This document shows positions 19,101-27,423 of a DNA stretch of 64,000 nucleotides, piece by piece. Below the pieces are notes generated by a model. That model made no database searches and was not told the origin of the DNA. It saw only the letters and a list, made by a program, of their open reading frames with translations. The stretch is from the NCBI GenBank assembly GCA_905478165.1, contig CAJQHK010000010.1, forward strand, positions 789-64,788, in the 5' to 3' direction. Source of the stretch: an uncultured Rickettsiales bacterium (GTDB lineage Bacteria > Pseudomonadota > Alphaproteobacteria > Rickettsiales > UBA1997). The stretch's first letter is position 1. Each line of letters opens with the position of its first letter. Both the position numbers and the translations under genes were made by a program.

Positions 19101-20837
19101 TTAATTTAACTTTTTGGTAATGTAATATTGCTGCATAATTGACAAGACATTACTAAATGTCCAATAGATTAATAAGCCAGCTGGGAAAGTGGCAAAAACA
19201 AAAATCAATATGAAGGGTAAAAATTTCATCATCTTTGCTTGCAGCGGATCACCTGGAGCAGGACTCAGTTTTTGCTGCAGAACCATTGTTAACCCCATTA
19301 ATATTGGCCAAATTCCAATTTGTAGAAAAAATCCATCTACTGAGAATGGTAATAGACCAAATAAATTGAATATGGAGGTTGGATCTGCTACCGATAAGTC
19401 ATTGATCCAGCCGTAAAATGGCGCGTGCCTCATGTCAATTGTTACAAAAAGTACTTTATAAAGAGAGAAAAATACTGGAATCTGAATTATCATGGGTAAA
19501 CAGCCGGCAGCAGGATTAACCCCCTCTCTTTTATACAGCTCCATAATTTGACGGTTTGTCTCTACCTTATTATCCTTATTGCGCTCTCTAATCTCCATAA
19601 TTCTTGGTTGAAATTTTTTCATTCGACCAATGGCAGTAAATGATTTATGAGCTAGCGGAAACATCGCTAATTTAACTAACAAAGTTATAGCTAAAATTGC
19701 CAAACCGTAATTTTTGAGAATATCATTAAAAATAGTTAGGATAAAAAAGAAGGGCTTAGTTAAAAAATAATACCACCCAAAATCTACAGCCTTATCAAAT
19801 GAATCAATTCCCATCTCCTCCTTATATGAGTCAAGCAAGGAAAGAACCTTGGCGCCAGCAAAAAAATGGTGATCAAACGTGATTACATCTCCACTGATAA
19901 CTTCAAATTCATCAGTAATAAATTCACTATTATAAATCTCTTTTTTAGCAGTTTTATGATAAGAAAACTTACCCGTAAATGACAAATTGTAATCTGGAAT
20001 CATGGCTGTAAGCCAATATTTATCGGTAATTCCAAGCCAACCAGAATTGGAATTAAATTCATGATCGCCATCATCTTTTAAATCTGAATATGGAACTTCG
20101 TCAAGTAACTTATTAGAAACGGCAATCGGCCCTTCGTGAAGGATAAAATTATTCATTCCCTCCACCTTTAAATTACGACTCACCCTTCCAAAAGAGGCAA
20201 TACTGATATCTTTTGCAGAGTTGTTTTTAACCAATTTCTCTATGTCAAACATGTAATCCTGATCGATAGAAATTTTTATTTGAAATAGAATATTGTTATT
20301 ATTCGTCCAAGACAAGGTGACTGGAGATTCTGGTGTTAAGGAGTTAGAGTTAGATTGCCATAAAGTCTTGGAGTTTGGCAATTCTAGATCATACTTTGAG
20401 CTTAAAAAGTGAAAATCAATAAAATAATGGTCAAGGGAATCGATAGGTGATAAGAGCTTAACATCTTCACTATTCTTATCTAAAGTTTCTTTGTATCCAA
20501 TAAGCTCTAAATCATCAAACCTAGCCCCCCGAAGTGCAATCGAACCCTTTAAATGACCATTATTGATAGTAATTCTTTTTTTTATATTTTTACCAATAGC
20601 TTCATCTCTACTAAGAAATTTTTGATTTTTATCACTGATAGATGTAACTTTTTTATTTGAAATTACTCCTTTGGAACTTTTTATTTGAGACTTTTTTAAT
20701 TTGACCTCCTGTTCTTGTTCGGCAATTTGCTGCCTTTGATAGGCTTCAATTTTTGGTTTTTCATAAAAAACTGTCCATAGGATTAAAACTAAAATTGAAA
20801 GGGTAATAGCTACTAATGTATTTCTATTTTCTTGCAT
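19101..20837 (-). CDS. yidC: membrane protein insertase YidC
   Basis: 578 aa. It has an N-terminal TM, a large periplasmic domain and a C-terminal 5-TM core (GCLPMIIQIPVFFSLY). Confidence 0.93.
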   Translation of the reverse strand: MQENRNTLVAITLSILVLILWTVFYEKPKIEAYQRQQIAEQEQEVKLKKSQIKSSKGVISNKKVTSISDKNQKFLSRDEAIGKNIKKRITINNGHLKGSIALRGARFDDLELIGYKETLDKNSEDVKLLSPIDSLDHYFIDFHFLSSKYDLELPNSKTLWQSNSNSLTPESPVTLSWTNNNNILFQIKISIDQDYMFDIEKLVKNNSAKDISIASFGRVSRNLKVEGMNNFILHEGPIAVSNKLLDEVPYSDLKDDGDHEFNSNSGWLGITDKYWLTAMIPDYNLSFTGKFSYHKTAKKEIYNSEFITDEFEVISGDVITFDHHFFAGAKVLSLLDSYKEEMGIDSFDKAVDFGWYYFLTKPFFFILTIFNDILKNYGLAILAITLLVKLAMFPLAHKSFTAIGRMKKFQPRIMEIRERNKDNKVETNRQIMELYKREGVNPAAGCLPMIIQIPVFFSLYKVLFVTIDMRHAPFYGWINDLSVADPTSIFNLFGLLPFSVDGFFLQIGIWPILMGLTMVLQQKLSPAPGDPLQAKMMKFLPFILIFVFATFPAGLLIYWTFSNVLSIMQQYYITKKLN

Positions 20838-20953
20838 CTATGATATAGTAATGTTTAAAATATGTGTTGGTATTTTGCTGCCAATTAACTTCTACCGAGT
20901 TAATTTTTTATAGGAACCAATTAAGCAAGTGAAGAATTTTACATTCAATTTTA

Positions 20954-21754
20954 ATGAGAATAAAGGAAAAATTTCAAAATTTACAAAATAATAATAAAAA
21001 AGCTTTAATTAGCTTTGTTGTAGCTGGTGATCCGGATTATAATTTATCTTTAGAAATTATGCATAATTTGGTAGAAAATGGTACTGATATTATTGAAATT
21101 GGTCTGCCATTTTTAGATCCAGCAGGTGATGGGCTGATAATTGAAGAAGCCAGCAAGAGAGCGGTTCATAATGGAGCAACTTTGGCAAAACTATTTAATT
21201 TAGTAGAAAATTTTAGACAAAAAGATAAAGAAACTCCGATTATATTGATGGGTTATTATAATCCAATTTATCATTTCGGAGTTAAAAATTTTACTGAAAT
21301 TTCTAAAAAATCAGGAATTGACGGTCTGCTAATTGTTGACTTACCATTGGAAGAAAGCTTTGAGATGAATCGATTTGCCAGAAAGAATGACTTAGATATC
21401 ATCAATCTTGTTGGTCAAAATAGCTCAGAAGAAAGAATTTCTAAAATTTGCCAGAACTCTTCTGGCTTTATTTACCTGGTTTCAATTTTAGGAATTACTG
21501 GCACTAAAGAGCCTGATATTTCAAAAAATATTCCTTTTATAAATCACATTAGAAAAAATAGTGATCTACCAATTGCGCTTGGTTTTGGTATTAAAAACCC
21601 TGAGATTGCGGGTCGGGTAGCAAAACTAGATATTGATGCTGTTGTTGTTGGATCTTCTCTTGTTGAGATTATAAATAACAATATATTAGATAGAGATAAT
21701 ATTTTAAAAGAAGTTTCTGCCAAGGTAAAAGAATTTAAAACTGCAATAAATTAA
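20954..21754 (+). CDS. trpA: tryptophan synthase alpha chain
   Basis: 266 aa with a TrpA-like TIM-barrel sequence (IEIGLPFLDPAGDG, GFGI). Confidence 0.9.
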   Translation: MRIKEKFQNLQNNNKKALISFVVAGDPDYNLSLEIMHNLVENGTDIIEIGLPFLDPAGDGLIIEEASKRAVHNGATLAKLFNLVENFRQKDKETPIILMGYYNPIYHFGVKNFTEISKKSGIDGLLIVDLPLEESFEMNRFARKNDLDIINLVGQNSSEERISKICQNSSGFIYLVSILGITGTKEPDISKNIPFINHIRKNSDLPIALGFGIKNPEIAGRVAKLDIDAVVVGSSLVEIINNNILDRDNILKEVSAKVKEFKTAIN

Positions 21755-21770
21755 AATTTTAAAATTATTC

Positions 21771-21799
21771 TTGCATAGGTTCAAAAAATATGATATAGT
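21771..21799 (+). promoter_or_regulatory. sigma70-type promoter with extended -10 (TTGCAT-N17-TATAGT, TG at -15/-14)
   Basis: ttgcat aggttcaaaaaatatga tatagt lies 42 nt upstream of the ATG at 21841. The spacer is 12/17 identical to the promoter at 37548-37576. Confidence 0.45.
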
Positions 21800-21840
21800 T
21801 GTAATTTGGTAATTAAATATTAAATTATATAAATGATACA

Positions 21841-22272
21841 ATGAATACTTTAAAGACTTGTTTAGTATTAGGATCGGGTGCTCTTGCTGGTGGTGTTACT
21901 GGTGTAACTGCATATGCGGCTGCAGGAATTGAAATTGCTAAAACGAATAAAGGTGAGTTTAGAAAAGTACTATCCAGAAGAGTAGATCAAGGAGACGATA
22001 GTAAAGTTCTTGAAAGTTTGGAAAAACTTAATGGCCAAGTAAAAAGTGATTTTAGAGGTGCAAATCGTATGGCTATAGGTGTAGGACTTGCGTCAGGAGC
22101 ATTGGTATCAGCGACATTGGCAGCGTCAATTCCTGGTGATAGAGGGTTAGATCAAGAGGAGGTTAGGCCAGTTTATGCTGCAGTTCGACAACAACTTGGC
22201 CATCCCCCTAATCCAAATCCGCTTGATCCACATACTGATCATCAAGAAAGAAAAAATAAACTTGAACGTTAA
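21841..22272 (+). CDS. hypothetical glycine-zipper protein (accessory, visibly GC-richer)
   Basis: 143 aa. It has two Gly/Ala-rich hydrophobic segments (LVLGSGALAGGVTGVTAYAAAG and AIGVGLASGALVSATLAASIPG) and a Pro/His-rich basic tail (HPPNPNPLDPHTDHQERKNKLER). No family recognised. Confidence 0.55.
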   Translation: MNTLKTCLVLGSGALAGGVTGVTAYAAAGIEIAKTNKGEFRKVLSRRVDQGDDSKVLESLEKLNGQVKSDFRGANRMAIGVGLASGALVSATLAASIPGDRGLDQEEVRPVYAAVRQQLGHPPNPNPLDPHTDHQERKNKLER

Positions 22273-22429
22273 TTACATCCATATTAAAAATTGTGCATAA
22301 GCTCTAGTTTTATTTTATAATTTTTAAGAATTGTAAAATGATTTTTATGATATTAGGTCAGCACAATCTATTGATGGAGCTGTTGAAAAATAAAAAGGTA
22401 AATTTATTTATTCCACAGTTCTTTAATAA

Positions 22430-22457
22430 TTGACAAGGGGGTGGTAATTATTATAGT
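22430..22457 (+). promoter_or_regulatory. near-consensus sigma70 promoter (TTGACA-N16-TATAGT)
   Basis: ttgaca agggggtggtaattat tatagt lies 28 nt upstream of the ATG at 22485. Confidence 0.4.
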
Positions 22458-22484
22458 TATTTAATCTTTAACCTATAGTCGGTA

Positions 22485-23137
22485 ATGTTAAATAGATTTG
22501 GTTTAACTAGTACAAATACAGAAGAGACAACAATATATCTACAAAATACATTAATAAATATGCTTGGTCCCCTTGGGGGTATTATTTTGGCTTAGCTCTA
22601 TTTGCTGTTAGTAATTCTGAAAATACAAATGAGGAAAGGCAGTAAATTTTTCAGTCAATAGGTATAGCGGCATTTAGCCTAATATTAAGGGAATTTAATA
22701 TTAATAATACAAATAATCAGCAACATGAAATTACAAATCTTGAAGATGTAGTACCTAGTATACAATCTGGACTATCTTTTTTAATGATTGAAAATGCTGG
22801 CTATCAAGATGGATTATTAGTTGCTATGATTGTTAATGCTTATGCTAATTTTCGTCAAGATTATCATCATGATATTGAGGAAAATACTATAAATTCATTA
22901 TATAATACAATAACAGGTGCTGGTATAGATATAAGAGGACTTCTAAGAGATTACTACCCAATAATATTTAGTGTCGACCAACAAAATACTATCAATTCTT
23001 TACTAGGTTTAACGGGATCTAGTGAGGAAAGTTTATTATCAATAGAAGAAGGTCGTAACAATCAAGATCAGTTATTAACAGAACCGTCAACAACTATAAG
23101 GGCCCCTTCTACACGATCAGAATATTTATCACTTTAG
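22485..23137 (+). pseudogene. disrupted gene for a membrane-hairpin (bilobed hydrophobic) protein
   Basis: From the ATG at 22485 the frame is open for 36 codons to a TAG at 22593. The sequence continues in another frame from about 22589, with the shift inside a T-run at 22585-88. That frame has an in-frame TAA at 22643-45 and then runs uninterrupted into track ORF 22784-23137, which stays open 46 codons upstream of its ATG. Reconstructed product: MLNRFGLTSTNTEETTIYLQNTLINMLGPLGGII/GLALFAVSNSENTNEERQ*IFQSIGIAAFSLILREF... Confidence 0.5.
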
Positions 23138-23304
23138 GTATTAATATATTTTATAATAATTTTTAAAAAACGTAAAACACTCTTTTGCTCGATGTTAATT
23201 TAATTTTTGATATATTACTTATTTATTTTAAAAAACATACTTGTATTTAAGATTAGTTATAATTAAGATGTCTTTTTTTGCTTAATATAGTTTTTAGCAA
23301 TTTT

Positions 23305-23381
23305 GGGGGTGTAGCTCAGCTGGTTAGAGCGCCTGCCTGTCACGCAGGAGGTCGCGGGTTCGAGTCCCGTCACTCCCGCCA
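23305..23381 (+). tRNA. tRNA-Asp (anticodon GTC)
   Basis: GGGGGTGTAGCTCAGCTGGTTAGAGCGCCTGCCTGTCACGCAGGAGGTCGCGGGTTCGAGTCCCGTCACTCCCGCCA. It folds as a cloverleaf with a 7-bp acceptor stem, anticodon loop CTGTCAC, T-loop GGTTCGAGTCC and an encoded CCA. Confidence 0.93.
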
Positions 23382-23390
23382 CTTGAATTT

Positions 23391-23939
23391 TTGATGATTA
23401 ATAATAGTTTGATTGACAGTTACGCTAGTTCGGCATTTAATTTTGCTAGAAAAAATAACTCTATAGCTATTTTTGAATCTGAACTAAGAGACATTTCACA
23501 AAATTTATCTAAAAATTTAATCAAAGAATTGTCAAATCCCACAATTTCTAGAGAAATTTTATCCGATATAGCTCTTGAGATTGGTAAAAAGTTAAAATTA
23601 TCAAAAGATGTCGCCAATTTTCTAAAAATTATTACTGAAAACAGAAGAGTTTTTTTAATTTTAGAAATTTCCAAAAGATTTACAGAAATTTTTAAAAAAG
23701 ATTGCGGTATTGTTACGGCAAAAATTTATGTAGTAAATAAAATTTCTGACCAATATATTGAGAAGGTAAAATCGGTTATTTCCAAAAAGTACAAAGATAA
23801 AACTATTGAAATTGAGCAAGTTATTAAAAAAAATATCTTAGGTGGCTTAGTTATAAAAGTTGGTTCTGAATTAATTGATTCAAGCCTGAAAAACGACTTA
23901 CATCAATTACAGAGTCAGTTACAAAAAGAATGTTATTAA
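23391..23939 (+). CDS. atpH: F0F1 ATP synthase subunit delta (OSCP)
   Basis: 182 aa with the C-terminal ILGGLVIKVGSELIDSSLKN block typical of delta subunits. It lies directly upstream of atpA. Confidence 0.88.
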   Translation: MMINNSLIDSYASSAFNFARKNNSIAIFESELRDISQNLSKNLIKELSNPTISREILSDIALEIGKKLKLSKDVANFLKIITENRRVFLILEISKRFTEIFKKDCGIVTAKIYVVNKISDQYIEKVKSVISKKYKDKTIEIEQVIKKNILGGLVIKVGSELIDSSLKNDLHQLQSQLQKECY

Positions 23940-23957
23940 TTTATTAAATCTTTTATT

Positions 23958-25487
23958 ATGCAATTAAATATAGATGAATTTTCTAGTATTTTAGAAAAAA
24001 AAATCAGTGATTTTAAATCATCTGTGGATCTAAAGGAGGTCGGCGAAGTAATTTCTGTTGGCGATGGAATTGCCAAAATATACGGTTTGGACAATGTTCA
24101 AATGGGCGAGATGATTGATTTTGAGTCAGGAGTTCGCGGTATGGCCCTTAATATTGAAAAAGATAATGTTGGTGCAGTAATTTTTGGTGATAGTTATAAA
24201 GTTAAAGAGGGTGACAACGTTAAAAGAGTTGGTAAAATTGTTGAAGTTCCTGTTGGTAAAGGCCTTTTAGGTCGTGTTGTCGACGCTCTCGGTAACCCAA
24301 TAGATGGTAAAGGTCCTTTAAAAAACGTAGAATATAAAAGAATTGAAGTTAAGGCGCCAGGAATTATTGACAGACAATCAGTCAGTGAGCCGATGCAAAC
24401 TGGTATTAAGGCTGTCGACAGTTTAATTCCTATTGGTCGTGGCCAAAGGGAGCTTATTATTGGCGACAGACAGACGGGGAAAACCGCAATTATTATTGAT
24501 GCATTTTTAAATCAGTCAGAAAATAATAAATCTGACGATGAATCTAAAAAACTATATTGTATTTATGTGGCGATTGGTCAAAAAAGATCAACCATTGCCA
24601 ATATAGTCAAATCTTTGGAAGAATCTGGTACGATGGATTATACAATTATTGTTTCTGCCACCGCTTCCGAAGCTGCTTCTATGCAATTTTTTGCACCCTA
24701 TACTGGCTGCACTATTGGTGAATATTTTCGTGATAATGGTATGCACGCTTTAATTGCTTATGATGATTTATCTAAGCATGCAGTTGCTTATCGTGAAATG
24801 TCATTACTTTTAAAAAGACCTCCAGGAAGGGAAGCTTATCCTGGTGATGTATTTTATGCTCATTCTCGCTTATTAGAAAGGGCTGCTAAAATGTCTGAAA
24901 CTAGAGGTGGTGGCTCGTTAACTGCTTTACCGGTTATTGAAACTCAAGCCGGTGATGTATCGGCCTATATTCCAACTAATGTAATTTCAATTACTGATGG
25001 TCAAATTTTCTTAGAAACTGAACTATTCTACAAAGGTATTAAGCCAGCAATTAATGTGGGCCTTTCGGTTTCAAGGGTTGGTTCTGCTGCTCAAACTAAG
25101 GCAATGAAACAAGTCTCTGGTACCATTAAACTAGATTTAGCTCAATTTAGAGAGTTAGAATCTTTTGCTCAATTTGGATCTGATCTAGACGCCTCAACTC
25201 AAAAATTACTTGATAAGGGTCAAAAATTAACAGAACTTTTGAAGCAAAATCAGTATAGACCCCTTCCTTTTGAGGAGCAAGCTGTCTCAATTTATATTGG
25301 CGTTAATGATTATCTAAAGGATATTGAAACCTCTGAAATTACTCGTTTTGAGGAGGAGTTTTTGAGAGTTATGAAAGATAAAAATCAAAAACTTCTTGAT
25401 CAAATTCGTGAAGAGAAAAAAATTACTGATAAAATTGAGAAAAACCTAAAGATGGTAATTAATAACTTTTTACAAACTTTTAAATAG
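23958..25487 (+). CDS. atpA: F0F1 ATP synthase subunit alpha
   Basis: 509 aa, Walker A GDRQTGKT, highly conserved alpha-subunit sequence. Confidence 0.97.
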   Translation: MQLNIDEFSSILEKKISDFKSSVDLKEVGEVISVGDGIAKIYGLDNVQMGEMIDFESGVRGMALNIEKDNVGAVIFGDSYKVKEGDNVKRVGKIVEVPVGKGLLGRVVDALGNPIDGKGPLKNVEYKRIEVKAPGIIDRQSVSEPMQTGIKAVDSLIPIGRGQRELIIGDRQTGKTAIIIDAFLNQSENNKSDDESKKLYCIYVAIGQKRSTIANIVKSLEESGTMDYTIIVSATASEAASMQFFAPYTGCTIGEYFRDNGMHALIAYDDLSKHAVAYREMSLLLKRPPGREAYPGDVFYAHSRLLERAAKMSETRGGGSLTALPVIETQAGDVSAYIPTNVISITDGQIFLETELFYKGIKPAINVGLSVSRVGSAAQTKAMKQVSGTIKLDLAQFRELESFAQFGSDLDASTQKLLDKGQKLTELLKQNQYRPLPFEEQAVSIYIGVNDYLKDIETSEITRFEEEFLRVMKDKNQKLLDQIREEKKITDKIEKNLKMVINNFLQTFK

Positions 25488-25740
25488 TTATAATGTTATT
25501 TTTACAAAAAATTTGTATATATAGAGCTCCGGGGAGCGTAGAAGATTCGACTACTACACTGTCGTCGCAGCCGACTATTGCTACCGCTACCAAAACTTCT
25601 TACACTCGGGATATCAGAGGGGGTTATCCTCCATCCACATCTCCAACAGTTTATTAAGTAAATAATACAAAACCCCGCGACAATGGGAATGAAAAAAATA
25701 TAGTTAAATTTGATAAATTATCGAATAATAAATTGAATTT

Positions 25741-26634
25741 ATGTCAAACCTAAAGACTCTTAAAAATAGAATTAAATCAGTAAAATCTACTCAAAAGATT
25801 ACTAAAGCCATGAAGATGGTTGCCGCTTCTAAGCTTAGAAAGGCTAGAATAGCTGTTGAAAATGCCCGCCCCTATGGCGATAAAATATCTGAAATGGTAA
25901 TGGATATCGCTGGAGATCTTCCGAATGGCGCCTTAGAAGCGAAGAAGTCTGTTTTAATTGGTGATGGTATTGACAAAACTCATCTTTTAGTTGTCTTATC
26001 ATCAGACCGAGGTCTTTGTGGAGGTTTAAATAGTAACAATGTTAAGCAGGTTAAATCTATGATCCTGGATTTACAGTCTCAAAAAAAAAATGTTAAACTA
26101 TTTTGTATCGGTAAAAAAGCTTACGATCAATTAGTTGTCAAACATAAGGATTTAATTATTGACGCGGAATTTGGTGTTTTTAAAAATAACATTTCTTATG
26201 AGTTAGCGTTAAAAATTTCCAAAAAATTAGTTAAGTTATTTGAGGAAAGTGACTTTAATATTTGTACGATTTGTTATAGTGAATTTGAATCTGCAATTAG
26301 CCAAAAACCGACTAAACAGCAACTAATTCCATCTCCCATTAAAATCAAAACTAGTAAAAATAAAAACAACCTACACTCTCCAATCACCTTTGAACCCAAT
26401 CAAGAAGAGGTCTTAAATCAATTATTACCAAAAAATCTTGCTATTCAAATTTTTAATAAACTATTAGAAAATATCGCTTCTGAACAAGGCGCTAGAATGG
26501 CCGCTATGGAATCAGCATCTAATAATGCTGGTAAAATGATTAAAGATTTAACATTATTTTACAATAGAAGTCGCCAGGCTAATATTACTCGTGAATTAAT
26601 AGATATTATATCAGGATCTTCAGCCTCCAGTTAG
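25741..26634 (+). CDS. atpG: F0F1 ATP synthase subunit gamma
   Basis: 297 aa with the N-terminal LKNRIKSVKSTQKITKAMKMVAASKLRKA and C-terminal ITRELIDIISG helices characteristic of gamma. Confidence 0.92.
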   Translation: MSNLKTLKNRIKSVKSTQKITKAMKMVAASKLRKARIAVENARPYGDKISEMVMDIAGDLPNGALEAKKSVLIGDGIDKTHLLVVLSSDRGLCGGLNSNNVKQVKSMILDLQSQKKNVKLFCIGKKAYDQLVVKHKDLIIDAEFGVFKNNISYELALKISKKLVKLFEESDFNICTICYSEFESAISQKPTKQQLIPSPIKIKTSKNKNNLHSPITFEPNQEEVLNQLLPKNLAIQIFNKLLENIASEQGARMAAMESASNNAGKMIKDLTLFYNRSRQANITRELIDIISGSSASS

Positions 26635-26692
26635 TTCTGTCAAACTCAGCCTGTATGTATTAGATGTTATATATAGCGCCTAACATCAAACT

Positions 26693-26854
26693 TATAGCCA
26701 ATCCCATTTATAATATATTATATGGCAACATATTTTAAGGTTAAAATTATTAAAAAATTATCGCCCTAGGAAATTCTTTTTAACAATTACGTACTTAAAG
26801 ATAAAATTAAATAATACCCCTTCTCACTCAATATCATAGGTGGAAATTGGTATA
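26693..26854 (+). repeat. Family A repeat, copy A3
   Basis: Contains catattttaaggttaaaattattaaaaaatt (matching A1) and ends cataggtggaaattggtata. The left end, tatagccaatcccattt, is an imperfect inverted copy of the right-end motif. Confidence 0.55.
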
Positions 26855-27054
26855 ATTTAATATTTACTTAAATGGGTTGTATTTTTAATTATGTATACTA
26901 AAATTATACTAGTTATAATCGTTTTATAGCTTTATTTATTTTAACTAATACCAACTACCACATTTAAAGCAGTTTTTTTGCAATATTTTTATTCATAAGT
27001 TACCTTAATAGGTTGGTTATTTAGGGTAATCAGGATAAAGAAAAAATCTATTTT

Positions 27055-27072
27055 AAAGGTGGGAATTGGCAT
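27055..27072 (+). repeat. Family A 3'-end motif, copy A4 (partial)
   Basis: aaaggtgggaattggcat lies 18 nt before the ATG at 27087, the same motif that ends A1 to A3. Confidence 0.5.
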
Positions 27073-27419
27073 ATATACCACTAACTATGAAAAAATTTGT
27101 CTCTATTTCTTTGGTAATCATCGCTACCTCCCTATCAGTTCAAGCAGCAGAAGCTAATTTACCAAAATATGGAAAATGGTGCGGCAATTCTAATGCCAAA
27201 CTCAAAGCAAAATCAATTGATAAAATTGATCAATCCTGTAAAAGAAATTTTAAATGTCGAGTAAAAGCAAAAACTGGTTTTAACAGGTTAAATTGCGACA
27301 TGGATTTAATTGGATATCTTGATGGTCGTGGCAAAAAATATGCCAAAACTTCTGATGCCAAAAAAGCTAGATTAAGAATTTTATCTTACTTTGAAGAAAA
27401 ATCTAAGAATTGGAAGTAA
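27066..27419 (+). CDS. small secreted Cys-containing basic protein (sPLA2-like motif, unverified)
   Basis: The likely start is the ATG at 27087 (MKKFVSISLVIIATSLSVQA-AEA signal peptide). The mature protein is about 90 aa and contains YGKWCGNSN...IDKIDQSCKRNFKC. Confidence 0.6.
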   Translation: MAYIPLTMKKFVSISLVIIATSLSVQAAEANLPKYGKWCGNSNAKLKAKSIDKIDQSCKRNFKCRVKAKTGFNRLNCDMDLIGYLDGRGKKYAKTSDAKKARLRILSYFEEKSKNWK

Positions 27420-27423
27420 AAGT

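Noticed and set aside
11156-19416. Nested ORFs 11156-11410, 11855-12124, 12863-13063, 15290-15484, 15500-15688, 17349-17549, 17878-18144, 18063-18299, 18145-18339 and 19189-19416.
   Set aside because: These are shadow ORFs within or antisense to the trio genes, thiD, sdhA and yidC, with no independent support.
20839-20851. A third occurrence of tatgatatagt, next to ttcttgcat at the yidC start, as another copy of the accessory-gene promoter cassette driving trpA.
   Set aside because: Here TTGCAT is only 6 nt from the -10-like element instead of 17, and its CAT is simply the yidC start codon on the other strand. This is likely coincidence, although an extended -10 promoter for trpA cannot be excluded.
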